Source: a virus
Virus record (IMG/VR): IMGVR_UViG_3300031992_000005
Coordinates: 160,001 to 224,000 of that record
DNA length: 64,000 bases
Direction: 5' to 3' (one strand)
The translations under genes were made by a program, and so were the position numbers. The notes under the pieces were generated by a model, which saw only the letters and a list, made by a program, of their open reading frames with translations, was not told the DNA's origin and ran no database searches. Of this stretch, positions 45,313-54,267 are shown piece after piece (positions within the stretch are counted from its first letter, which is position 1; each line of letters begins with the position of its first letter).

Positions 45313-45716
45313 TGACAGTAGAAGAAATTCTCAGGCTCGAATCGTTATTAGAAAAACGAGGCTATGTAAAATCCTCAAGTAAAGGGCTTAGATTAACTAA
45401 TGAAGACCATTACTGGTATAAAGGGTTTGGAAGAAAAAATAATCCTTATGAAGAAGGAAGAGCACAATACCAAGTGTTCTTTGCCATATGGGATTTTGAG
45501 AAATATCAGAGGGATGCGGGTTGGAGTTATCAAGTTTATGTGGAAGTAAGTAGGACTGTCTCTGAACTTGTTAAAATAGTCCTGACATCTATTGATAGTA
45601 GTTCTACTATTGAAGAAGTAGAACAAATGGCCGAGAAATTCTTTAAGTTCGTGGATGAGAATTTTTCTATAGGACAAGAATGGATATTAATTAAAAATAA
45701 TAAGAGTAATCCTTGA
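45312..45716 (+). CDS. hypothetical protein
   Basis: From the ORF track. The antisense ORF 45393..45677 is rejected. Confidence 0.5.
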   Translation: MTVEEILRLESLLEKRGYVKSSSKGLRLTNEDHYWYKGFGRKNNPYEEGRAQYQVFFAIWDFEKYQRDAGWSYQVYVEVSRTVSELVKIVLTSIDSSSTIEEVEQMAEKFFKFVDENFSIGQEWILIKNNKSNP

Positions 45717-45747
45717 TTTATTCAAGGGTTACCCTTTCTTTTTCATT

Positions 45748-47004
45748 ATGGAAGAATATATAAAATATTTTGAAACTCAAGAAGAGTATGATGAGTATGT
45801 AACAAGTGGAAATATGAAAAACCCCAATGTATCTTATTGTGAAGATGTTAAGGATGTGCATTATAATCCTTGGACTTGGGCTGATGAATATTTTACAACA
45901 GTTGCATTGGAGAATGGCACGATAACGTTAAACGTACCAGGACATATAGATACACATAATATTTCGTATGTTTCTTATTCAATAAATGGTGGAGCATCAT
46001 GGGTTGACACTGTTGATGTAAATGACTTTGTGGAAGAAACCCCAATAACTATCAATGTTTCTAAGGGTGATGCAATTTTGTGGAAATGTGGAAGTAAGTA
46101 TTATGAAATTCCAAGTGGACTTGGTGGGTGCTTTTTCTCATCTACGTGTAATTTTAACGTAATGGGAAATATAATGTCATTGGCATGTGGTGACAACTTT
46201 AAGGGAGCAAATAGAGGTTCAGAATTTAGCAACTTATTTAAAGATGTTAATGGGAACAAAGAGTGCCTTTTGGTAGATGCATCAAATCTTATCTTTCCAG
46301 CAGTATCTATTGGCTGTAAATCAATGTTTAGTGGCTGTACGAGCTTAGTAAAAGCTCCAAAACTTCCCGCTACTACATTATTGTACTACCAATGTTATTA
46401 TAGTATGTTCCAAGGTTGTACTTCATTAACTACCGCTCCTGAACTTCCTGCTACAACATTAGTTAGTGATTGTTATAGTAGTATGTTCTCTAATTGTACA
46501 AGTTTAACTACCGCCCCTGAGCTTCCCGCTACTACGTTGGCAGACCACTGCTATAGTAGCATGTTCAGTGGTTGTATCTCATTAACTACTGCACCTGAAC
46601 TTCCTGCTACAACGTTGGCAGATTATTGTTATAGCGGTATGTTCAAAGGTTGTACTTCATTAATTGCTGCACCTGAGCTTCCTGCAACGACATTAAGTAG
46701 TAGCTGCTATAGCTGTTATCAGAGTATGTTCGAAGGTTGTACAAGTTTAACAACTGCTCCTGAGCTCCCTATAATAAATCTTAATTCTAGTTATGGTTGT
46801 TATTGGAGAATGTTCTATGGTTGTACAAGTCTTAATTATATTAAAGCGATGTTCACAACAGAACCTTCTTCAGCATATACAAGAGATTGGGTTGATGGTG
46901 TTTCTGCAAATGGTACATTTGTGAAAAATGCAAATGCAACATGGGATGTAAGTGGAACTAATGGTATTCCGACCGGTTGGACAGTAGAAACAGTGACAGT
47001 ATAA
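45748..47004 (+). CDS. repeat protein (GCTSLTTAPELPATTL...CY..MF units), putative fibre/receptor-binding protein
   Basis: It has 7-8 tandem units of about 24 aa. The same unit occurs in 25021..28620 (NCTSLTFAPELPATTLTEGCYAAMF). The N-terminal module is shared with both LRR proteins. Confidence 0.65.
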   Translation: MEEYIKYFETQEEYDEYVTSGNMKNPNVSYCEDVKDVHYNPWTWADEYFTTVALENGTITLNVPGHIDTHNISYVSYSINGGASWVDTVDVNDFVEETPITINVSKGDAILWKCGSKYYEIPSGLGGCFFSSTCNFNVMGNIMSLACGDNFKGANRGSEFSNLFKDVNGNKECLLVDASNLIFPAVSIGCKSMFSGCTSLVKAPKLPATTLLYYQCYYSMFQGCTSLTTAPELPATTLVSDCYSSMFSNCTSLTTAPELPATTLADHCYSSMFSGCISLTTAPELPATTLADYCYSGMFKGCTSLIAAPELPATTLSSSCYSCYQSMFEGCTSLTTAPELPIINLNSSYGCYWRMFYGCTSLNYIKAMFTTEPSSAYTRDWVDGVSANGTFVKNANATWDVSGTNGIPTGWTVETVTV

Positions 47005-47092
47005 ATTTAGGGGAAGACTAGTAATAGTCTTCTCCGTTCTTTTTCCTTTAAATCCTTACATGTGTATTATTATAAATAAAATTTTAAATATT

Positions 47093-48082
47093 ATGGAAAA
47101 AGCAGTAAAAGAAAAGAAAGGATCTGTAGTAAATGACATGTTAAACATGTGTGTTATCTATGCTTCAGATTTTGTAGAAAGAATGAATGCGGCTTCAACT
47201 CAGTCAAAGAAAGCTGAGCTCCTGAACAAAGTAGGTTTTGTAAATACTATTGAGTCCGTTAAGTACAAGGAGATGAGTGCGCTCTTTAAGAGAGCAGAAG
47301 GTTTTTACAAAATTCTCAATCCGATTATTGAGGGTAATTCCCAGGCTTTTTTCGTACCAGCGCAAGGTTTCTTAGAGGTATTGAAGAAATATGACCTTGT
47401 ATGTGGTACATTCAAGCAATATAAGGGCGATGTTCCCCTAGAGAACTTGGAAATAATTAATGATATTCAAGATAAGTACATTAGGAATTACTACCGCTAT
47501 GACTTCTACGGCCTTGATTATCGGACTGATATGGTAAGTGAGATTCGTCCGCACATCAGTCTCAGTAGTAGATGTAGTAGCGCTGATCGGGATTACCTGG
47601 AGAGCTACTTTGTAGATAAAGATTACTGTGAGCTGGATATCATGAAGGATCTCAATCGATTCCCATTCCTGGGTATGATAGATGATTTTGACGATGACGC
47701 AATTGAACGTAAGATTAGGACGCACCTCTTCAAGAAGACTGCAAATGTATTTCAGCGCATATTTAACATATCCAGTTTCTTTGAGAAGAATGCTACTATT
47801 AGAACTACAACTATGACAGAAACAAAGGATAACCTGTTTATCTGTGCGCCAAGAGTGGATATGGTACCTAATATCATAGAAGTAAAGGCTAACGTTGAAC
47901 TGGAAGTGGTGAAGGATCCACTTATTGTATCTCTTGTCAAGACTAATGATATCAAGGGAGTCGTAGTTCATACTGGTTGGGGTATGGAAATCAATACAGA
48001 TGAGATGACCAGAATGAAAGATGCAACTGGAAATTTCATGAGAACTTTCAAGGACTTCGAAAAAAGGTTTTGTATTAAATAA
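47093..48082 (+). CDS. hypothetical protein, paralog of 48091..49041
   Basis: This is ORF 47060 trimmed to the ATG downstream of the promoter-like tttaaatccttacatgtg. It shares ...FICAP...VKDPLIVSL...VVHTGWGMEIN. Confidence 0.55.
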   Translation: MEKAVKEKKGSVVNDMLNMCVIYASDFVERMNAASTQSKKAELLNKVGFVNTIESVKYKEMSALFKRAEGFYKILNPIIEGNSQAFFVPAQGFLEVLKKYDLVCGTFKQYKGDVPLENLEIINDIQDKYIRNYYRYDFYGLDYRTDMVSEIRPHISLSSRCSSADRDYLESYFVDKDYCELDIMKDLNRFPFLGMIDDFDDDAIERKIRTHLFKKTANVFQRIFNISSFFEKNATIRTTTMTETKDNLFICAPRVDMVPNIIEVKANVELEVVKDPLIVSLVKTNDIKGVVVHTGWGMEINTDEMTRMKDATGNFMRTFKDFEKRFCIK

Positions 48083-48090
48083 TTAGTGTT

Positions 48091-49041
48091 ATGGGATATT
48101 TTAGTAAACTGATCAAGAGAGCTCCCACAATGGATGTGGCAGATAGCCTCTTGGTTAAGAGTGACAAGATGTTACTCGGATTAGTGGAGCAGATGAGAGA
48201 ACTGGTTCTCCAGGCGGAGAAAGTAAAGCTTATCCGTGAACTAGGTTTTACTAACTCAGAAGAATCCAGTAAAGTAAAGAAAGTAATAAATCTACTTGAA
48301 GAGATTGAAGAAACCTATAATATTCTGAAATCCCTGACGGATAAAAATGATGACACATTCTTTATTCCATTTCAGGTTTTCAAGGATATCCTGAAAGAAT
48401 ACAACCTTTTCTGCGGAACTTTTGACAAGTACAAAGGAGACATTCCACTAGAGAGCTTGAGGACTATTAAGAAAGTCAAGGATAATATGGATAAAACGAG
48501 CCCATATATCCCGGCTCGAATTGATGTATGTGATAGAATTGATATAATTATTCGTACATTCTATTCATACCAACAAAGTCCAATTACTGACGAGATTAAT
48601 CAGGCATTCTTAAATGGTAGACTTTCATCTATCCTAATGGATTTTCTCAGATTACCATTATCAGATCATAATCTTCCACAAGTTTATGCCAATATACAGA
48701 GATTTATTTCTGAAACGGCCTATGCTCATAATCTATATCCAGTTAATATGCACCAAACTATCAATATCAATAAGAAGAATGTCGAAAATCTTCTTATCTG
48801 TGCACCCGCTGATAAAATGAATACAATGGTGGAGAAAATAACATTCGACGTAAAAGAGGTTAAGCCAATAACAAAGGACCCACTGATAATATCAATTACT
48901 AGATCTTCTTCGGGGGTCATTGTTCATACCGGTTGGGGTATGGAAATGAACTTAGATGTTGTAAAAAGTTATCAGGAATCAACTAAGAGGTTCTTAGAAA
49001 AAGCAGAGCCTTTTATGGAGGGAATGAAACAAATCGTATGA
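48091..49041 (+). CDS. hypothetical protein, paralog of 47093..48082
   Basis: Shares ...LICAP...TKDPLIISI...IVHTGWGMEMN and N-terminal KVGFVNT/ELGFTNS blocks. Confidence 0.55.
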   Translation: MGYFSKLIKRAPTMDVADSLLVKSDKMLLGLVEQMRELVLQAEKVKLIRELGFTNSEESSKVKKVINLLEEIEETYNILKSLTDKNDDTFFIPFQVFKDILKEYNLFCGTFDKYKGDIPLESLRTIKKVKDNMDKTSPYIPARIDVCDRIDIIIRTFYSYQQSPITDEINQAFLNGRLSSILMDFLRLPLSDHNLPQVYANIQRFISETAYAHNLYPVNMHQTININKKNVENLLICAPADKMNTMVEKITFDVKEVKPITKDPLIISITRSSSGVIVHTGWGMEMNLDVVKSYQESTKRFLEKAEPFMEGMKQIV

Positions 49042-49457
49042 AACAATTTCTTGTAAAAAAGCCAATTAAGACGTTTAAGATCGTTAAGCTGTTAAAGGAT
49101 AATACATTTGTTCCTTACTTCTTTAGCGATTCTATGAACTACAAACTTGGCGAGTTGTATGAAAAAGACGACTTTTCATTCGAGAAAAAAGACGCCTACT
49201 TTTCATATGACATGAAGAAAAGAGGTTTTTGGATAACAGATACTAAAATCATTACGTTTGAATTACTATTAGGCTTTATCCCAAATCTGTTTACAATATT
49301 TACGTATAGGAAGCATCCTGGCTCATTTGACCTTGCTATTCTGGAGTGTGAAATCCCAGAGGGATCTTATGCTACAAATATAGGGCAGGGGAAAATAGCT
49401 AGTAATAAGTTAAGAGTTAAGCACATAATGTATGTGTTGGACTGGGAAATCTTCTGA
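49038..49457 (+). CDS. hypothetical protein, paralog of 49432..49941
   Basis: KPIKTFKIVKLL...FVPYF compares with KPVVTFKLVVLK...FSPMY. Confidence 0.5.
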   Translation: MKQFLVKKPIKTFKIVKLLKDNTFVPYFFSDSMNYKLGELYEKDDFSFEKKDAYFSYDMKKRGFWITDTKIITFELLLGFIPNLFTIFTYRKHPGSFDLAILECEIPEGSYATNIGQGKIASNKLRVKHIMYVLDWEIF

Positions 49458-49941
49458 TAGAAAATTTGCGTTTAAACCAGTAGTGACTTTTAAACTAGTG
49501 GTATTAAAAGCAAGCGGATTATTTTCCCCAATGTACGCTCTGTCTAACTTCTTCTATTACAAAGGAAGACGATGTGATAGGGTTGAGTTAGTAGAGGAAC
49601 CATCAGAACTATTTCAAGGGCTAATTGATATACATAAAGGATATCATTCTTATTCTCAGGATAAAGTAAGATTTTCTGCAAATAAGCTAAAAATTATAAC
49701 CAGCATAGATATACTTAATGCTGATAATAAACTGATCGATAAGATAATAACCTATATGGATATCAATGGTGAAATACGAGAAATGTGTAACAAGGAAGTA
49801 CTAGTATTCTTAAGATGTACTGTACCACAAGGATCACCCTATTACGAAAATTCTGATGGAGAAATAGTAAGCGAATTCTTGGATATAGAGGAAAGTTGGA
49901 CTGTAAATGAACTTATGAAATATCATGACTCCAGAAACTAG
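49432..49941 (+). CDS. hypothetical protein, paralog of 49038..49457
   Basis: From the ORF track. It overlaps the upstream gene by 26 nt. Confidence 0.5.
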   Translation: MCWTGKSSDRKFAFKPVVTFKLVVLKASGLFSPMYALSNFFYYKGRRCDRVELVEEPSELFQGLIDIHKGYHSYSQDKVRFSANKLKIITSIDILNADNKLIDKIITYMDINGEIREMCNKEVLVFLRCTVPQGSPYYENSDGEIVSEFLDIEESWTVNELMKYHDSRN

Positions 49942-50419
49942 ATATAAAAGTGATAGAGAGAAATATCTGAAAAAAGAAGAATTAGGTTATTCAACTATAG
50001 ATGTTGAATTTGGGCCTAATTATAACATATATACTTTGAATTTTAAGGATAATATTGTCGTAAATCTTTGGATCTCATTAGATGATGATACTGAACCAGA
50101 TGATGAAGCCATAGCATCTTTTGAGAAGAATGGAGTCCTAATGAGAATCCTCCCAGTGAGGTTGAAAATTCTATCTTCATTCCTAAAAGAGAATACAACA
50201 ACGCTCAAAGAATATATTAAGCCGCAAATAAAAGAAAAGATTGAAGTAAAAACTAACATCCTATCAAAGGAGGGAGAAGAACCGGAGCCTAATTCAGGAC
50301 AAGAAGAACTTCCTCTCCCAGAACCTAAGAAGGTTTATCACAAACCAAAGATGAAGGTAAAAAAAGATACTGGCTTCATTGGACTAGTAAGAAATCTTTG
50401 GAAAGCATGGATAGGATAA
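49925..50419 (+). CDS. hypothetical protein
   Basis: From the ORF track. It is the last gene of this + block. Confidence 0.5.
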   Translation: MTPETRYKSDREKYLKKEELGYSTIDVEFGPNYNIYTLNFKDNIVVNLWISLDDDTEPDDEAIASFEKNGVLMRILPVRLKILSSFLKENTTTLKEYIKPQIKEKIEVKTNILSKEGEEPEPNSGQEELPLPEPKKVYHKPKMKVKKDTGFIGLVRNLWKAWIG

Positions 50420-50437
50420 AAAAGAAAGGGAACCCCA

Positions 50438-51028
50438 TTAAGAGGGGCTCTCTTTTTTTATTGTTCCCGTCCACCTACCTTTGGCGGTAGTGCCAGGAGT
50501 TAAGATGTCGATTCTCCTAATCCATCTGGGATTCATTCTATCATGGATGGTATATGTTCCATCCACGGAGCCAGTACCTGTTAAGGTAATTCGGTCTCCA
50601 TACTTAAAATGTTCCAGAAGATCAGGGGAGATTGCAATCCACTTTTCCTTCCCGGTTTTTATCTTACTACCATCGGCCGTAATAGATGGTGTACTATCAC
50701 ACTGCGACCGAACTGGATTATACCTAGTTACGGTCACCCTAATTTCCTTTACCTGTCGTATGGGTACAGGCCTAGGGGTTTCTTTGAGCCTCAATGCGTC
50801 CTCACGACGCTGCTGAAGCTCCTTCTCATAATCATCTAGATCGACATTGTACAAGACTGTGTCGACCCTAAGGTCATAATGCTCCTCCTCATACTCCCGG
50901 AGCAAGTGGGAGCGGTGCTGTTCCTTTGCCGCACCGAACAGAAAGTATAATACTACCCCTAAAAAGAAGTAGAGTATTATCTTACCTATGTAGTCAATGA
51001 CCACAGGGTTGTTAATAGGATTTTTCAT
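50438..51028 (-). CDS. membrane-anchored 3D-domain (MltA/RlpA-like) cell-wall hydrolase
   Basis: N-terminal TM segment. It has VTVTRYNP..QCDSTPSITADGSKI...IAISPDLL...GDRITL...YTIHDRMNPRW..RIDIL. Confidence 0.65.
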   Translation of the reverse strand: MKNPINNPVVIDYIGKIILYFFLGVVLYFLFGAAKEQHRSHLLREYEEEHYDLRVDTVLYNVDLDDYEKELQQRREDALRLKETPRPVPIRQVKEIRVTVTRYNPVRSQCDSTPSITADGSKIKTGKEKWIAISPDLLEHFKYGDRITLTGTGSVDGTYTIHDRMNPRWIRRIDILTPGTTAKGRWTGTIKKESPS

Positions 51029-51068
51029 AATTCTTAATTTTTTTTTCGTTAGACATTTTCTTTATAAA

Positions 51069-51093
51069 CTCTATATATAAGGCATTAATGGGG
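51069..51093 (-). promoter_or_regulatory. phage promoter-like consensus (- strand, drives 50438..51028)
   Basis: Reverse complement is CCCCATTAATGCCTTATATATAGAG. Confidence 0.5.
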
Positions 51094-51150
51094 AGAACAA
51101 AAAAAAACACAGCGTTTACTGTGTTTTTTGAAAAGCTTCAACAGTTCCTC

Positions 51151-51447
51151 TTATAAATCTCCAGCTTTTACGAGCTGTTCGAGGAACGACTGAAGGTCGT
51201 CCTTCTTCAAAGGATTTCCGGCCATATCAAAAAGGCCGTATCCCCCGACGTTAACCTTCTTGCCACCTACGATATAGTCGCAAGAAGCAACTATGTCACT
51301 TAAGTAAGCCTTATGGTTGTCGACGTATTCTAACGCCTTATACCTTACGTCAACAACCATTCCGGCGAATTTACCGGAAGTTGGGATCATCTCAATAATG
51401 TGATAGACCCGAGATCCATCATCATGCTTTGAAAATAAGTATTCCAT
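51151..51447 (-). CDS. hypothetical protein
   Basis: From the ORF track. It has its own upstream promoter motif (ctcataaataaggcattg). Confidence 0.55.
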   Translation of the reverse strand: MEYLFSKHDDGSRVYHIIEMIPTSGKFAGMVVDVRYKALEYVDNHKAYLSDIVASCDYIVGGKKVNVGGYGLFDMAGNPLKKDDLQSFLEQLVKAGDL

Positions 51448-51531
51448 AATCTTTTTTTTAAATTAAACATTAATTAATTATCTCATAAATAAGGCATTGA
51501 TTATTCTTTGGGGAAGAAAAAAGGGGAGGCC

Positions 51532-51843
51532 TTAGACCTCCTCCTCTTTAAACTCGTTTATTACACTTAACAGAGTATCCTCGGTTTCCTTTACCAAGGA
51601 TACTATGAAATTTTTCGCTTCTTTGTCATTTTCGACTTCTCTTTCTGAAATTTTTAAAACCTCTATCAGATATCTTAACTCATTACATTGAAAAACAAGA
51701 TTAAGCATCAATAGAGATACTATATCTTTTTCACTTGCCTCATTTGCCGCTAACCACTTTTGAATCTCCTCTGCAGTCCCTTTGCATCTAACTCCAAGGT
51801 CTTTGGCCCTGAGTGCTAAATTTTTTAATACTTTTGTTTCCAT
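51532..51843 (-). CDS. hypothetical protein
   Basis: From the ORF track. It has its own upstream promoter motif (cctatatataaggcaata). Confidence 0.55.
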   Translation of the reverse strand: METKVLKNLALRAKDLGVRCKGTAEEIQKWLAANEASEKDIVSLLMLNLVFQCNELRYLIEVLKISEREVENDKEAKNFIVSLVKETEDTLLSVINEFKEEEV

Positions 51844-51920
51844 CTTTTTTGTTTTTTATAAATTAAACCTATATATAAGGCAATAACGACATTGATTAAC
51901 ATTTGGGGAAGAAAAAAAAA

Positions 51921-51994
51921 TAATCCGAGAGGGATTCGAACCCTCGACCCCAACATTAAAAGTGTTGTGCTCTGGCCAACTGAGCTATCGAATT
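51921..51994 (-). tRNA. tRNA-Lys (TTT)
   Basis: Cloverleaf is AATTCGA-TA-GCTC/AGTTGGCCA/GAGC-A-CAACA/CTTTTAA/TGTTG-GGGTC-GAGGG/TTCGAAT/CCCTC-TCGGATT-A. The promoter motif ctcatatataaggtttt is directly upstream. Confidence 0.85.
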
Positions 51995-52030
51995 ATATCT
52001 CATATATAAGGTTTTGAAGGGAAAGAAAAA

Positions 52031-52058
52031 GAAAGGGAAACAATCTCTGCTTCCTTTC
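52031..52058 (-). terminator. terminator hairpin family copy 2
   Basis: Reverse complement is GAAAGGAAGCAGAGATTGTTTCCCTTTC plus a U-run. Confidence 0.55.
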
Positions 52059-52085
52059 TTTTCTTATCCTAGTTCTCTCTCAGAC

Positions 52086-52592
52086 CTAAAACAATCGTTC
52101 GAGAACTTGTTGGAATTGAAGTTCATTACCTGTTTGCCACTTGTCTTGGCAAAGATGTAACTGAACCTCGCCCCACTTGGAGGCAAACGTTATCACTTCC
52201 CCTTCTTTTCTCCCTTCGAATAATTCTATTGGGAGATAGCTTGGGAATCTATAATTATCTCGGAGAGCAAGCCACTCTCCTACTGCTGTGCTTTTTCGTG
52301 GCACAAAGGCATCAATACCCTCTTTTGCCCAATCGGACAATGTGCCAATACCTAAGTTACATGACTCGCAGTGGACCCTAACCAGTCCCTTAGAGTCCTT
52401 GAACTCCTTGATTCCGGAATTATTTGCATAAGCATCTAGAATCTCGGAATAACGATCACTGTTCTTCTCTGAAATAGTATCAGTATCGATGCCAAGAACG
52501 ATCGATACGTTACCTTCCAAAACTTGTTCCATACTTGTCTCCATATTCAAATACACTAAATACGTGTCGTGCGCAACATCTAAATTAAACAT
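52086..52592 (-). CDS. hypothetical protein
   Basis: From the ORF track, with a promoter motif upstream. Confidence 0.55.
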   Translation of the reverse strand: MFNLDVAHDTYLVYLNMETSMEQVLEGNVSIVLGIDTDTISEKNSDRYSEILDAYANNSGIKEFKDSKGLVRVHCESCNLGIGTLSDWAKEGIDAFVPRKSTAVGEWLALRDNYRFPSYLPIELFEGRKEGEVITFASKWGEVQLHLCQDKWQTGNELQFQQVLERLF

Positions 52593-52640
52593 TACTCTAT
52601 ATATAAGGCATTAGTTAACATTTGGGGAAGAAAAAAAAAA

Positions 52641-52761
52641 TAATTCGAGAGGGAATCGAACCCCCGACCTCCCCGATATATTAGCTTTATATACCTGGTG
52701 TTCTACCTCAGAAAACCTAAACATAAGATCTAATCGTAGATTTTCTCTGAACTATCGAATT
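52641..52761 (-). tRNA. aberrant 121-nt tRNA-like gene (canonical acceptor and T-arm, expanded D-loop and anticodon arm, anticodon undetermined)
   Basis: AATTCGA-TA-GTTC-[45-nt loop with hairpin AGAAAATCTA...TAGGTTTTCT]-GAAC-A-[28-nt arm CCAGGTATAT/AAAGCTA/ATATATCGGG]-AGGTC-GGGGG/TTCGATT/CCCTC-TCGAATT-A. It has the same promoter/terminator cassette as tRNA-Lys. Confidence 0.45.
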
Positions 52762-52806
52762 ATTCTTATATATAAGGCTTTGAAGGGTTATATGGAAGAA
52801 AAAAAA

Positions 52807-52834
52807 GAAAGGGAAACAATTTCTGCTTCCTTTC
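52807..52834 (-). terminator. terminator hairpin family copy 3
   Basis: Reverse complement is GAAAGGAAGCAGAAATTGTTTCCCTTTC plus a U-run. Confidence 0.55.
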
Positions 52835-52856
52835 TTTTTATGTTGTTTTAGAAGGG

Positions 52857-53066
52857 TTATTTCCTTCTGATAATGTACCCCTTCTTTTCGAGGTAGTCAA
52901 CCTCGCTCTCCAGAATGGTATATTCGTCACCCTTATTCGTGGTGAGAGTATAAGAGAAAACGCCTTTTGGGTCTCTTACACATTTGTAAAAATCTTCAGG
53001 ATTTAACATTACCGTTGTTGGCGATACTACTGCTTTTTGATCCCAAATTTTAATTTCAACTAACAT
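52857..53066 (-). CDS. hypothetical protein
   Basis: From the ORF track, with a promoter motif upstream. Confidence 0.5.
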   Translation of the reverse strand: MLVEIKIWDQKAVVSPTTVMLNPEDFYKCVRDPKGVFSYTLTTNKGDEYTILESEVDYLEKKGYIIRRK

Positions 53067-53211
53067 AATTTTCTTAATTTTATTAAATTTAACATCATAT
53101 TAATTATCTCTATATATATAAGGCACTAATATGGTTTTGGGGAAGGAAAAAAAGATCCACCTTCACAGGCAGATCCTTTCATAATTCTCGAAAAATTCAA
53201 CAATACATATG

Positions 53212-53285
53212 TGATCCGGAAGAGATTCGGACTCTTGACCTACAGTTTAGAAGACTGTTGCTCTATCCAGCTGAGCTACCGGACC
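53212..53285 (-). tRNA. tRNA-Arg (TCT)
   Basis: Cloverleaf is GGTCCGG-TA-GCTC/AGCTGGATA/GAGC-A-ACAGT/CTTCTAA/ACTGT-AGGTC-AAGAG/TCCGAAT/CTCTT-CCGGATC-A. A family hairpin terminator lies at 53151-53179. Confidence 0.85.
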
Positions 53286-53366
53286 ATTATACTCTATTTA
53301 TAAGATTTTAAGGGGATTTGAGATGAAAAAAAAAAAGAAGTGGCCATTACCACCCCTTTACTATGT

Positions 53367-53819
53367 TTATGCGAACAGGCATATTAAGCTCGCAACAAAG
53401 TAGACTATATGGCAAACTACGTTAGTCGCAAACGCAGCTTCATCGTTATCCTTTGAAGCTTTTTGCCATCTTCGCCACGAAACAATGCTTAATACCAAGA
53501 GAAATATTCCAATTACTATTCCCAAAATATCTGTGTATAATAATTTCCAGATTACTATACCGATGGCAACTCTTCCTAGGTGTGTATTTGAAATTCTCTG
53601 AGCTGAACCCTCAATCGCTCTAAGGCATTCATTAACAGCTATGCCTATCTGCTTGCCAATGTTTGCCCACTTATCGGCGGATTCACTACTCTTCTGGAAG
53701 TTAATCTTTTCTCTTGTTTCACTAGGCAGCTGATTCCACTGCTCTTCTGTTAATACTCTGTCTGCTTGAACATTTAGTCCAAAAAACAGAACACTAAATA
53801 AAAATAATAATCTCTTCAT
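53367..53819 (-). CDS. membrane protein with signal peptide and two C-terminal TM segments
   Basis: MKRLLFLFSVLFFGLNVQA, then hydrophobic segments VAIGIVIWKLL...IVIGIFLLVLSIV and VVCHIVYFVASLICLF. Confidence 0.55.
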   Translation of the reverse strand: MKRLLFLFSVLFFGLNVQADRVLTEEQWNQLPSETREKINFQKSSESADKWANIGKQIGIAVNECLRAIEGSAQRISNTHLGRVAIGIVIWKLLYTDILGIVIGIFLLVLSIVSWRRWQKASKDNDEAAFATNVVCHIVYFVASLICLFA

Positions 53820-53926
53820 AATTGTTGTTTTTAAGTTAATATTAATATATTAGTAAGGATTTTGGGGGATAAAAAAGAAAGAGGTATAGACCTCTGTTCT
53901 TTCTGTACTTTGAAAAGTCAGTTTGA

Positions 53927-54205
53927 CTATGAAACACCAAAGAAAGATACCTCTCTTGTGTTTCCTAAGAATACCTCAGTAAATACTGGCTTTTCGTTAG
54001 CAAATTGTTTGGGCGTGCCTGCCCACAGTATTTTTTCCCCTTCGAAAAGGTAAGGGGCAACCTGATTCTTAGTACCTGCTAGTGCAGATACATAAAAACC
54101 TCCCTCATAGTCAGGGGATTGAATTACACAAAATCCTTTCCCCTCGTTGAATAAGTTGGCTTTCGCCAAAATCTGTAAACTAGTAACTTCCATGACTCTC
54201 ATCAA
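53927..54205 (-). CDS. hypothetical protein
   Basis: From the ORF track, with the - strand promoter motif ctcatatataaggcattt upstream. The overlapping + ORF 53862..54053 is rejected. Confidence 0.5.
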   Translation of the reverse strand: MMRVMEVTSLQILAKANLFNEGKGFCVIQSPDYEGGFYVSALAGTKNQVAPYLFEGEKILWAGTPKQFANEKPVFTEVFLGNTREVSFFGVS

Positions 54206-54267
54206 TTTAAGTTAAACAAATGAATTATCTATCTCATATATAAGGCATTTCTTTTACTTCGGGAAGG

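Noticed and set aside
53862-54053. ORF 53862..54053 (+)
   Set aside because: It overlaps - strand ORF 53927..54205, which has the promoter motif upstream and fits the - strand block.
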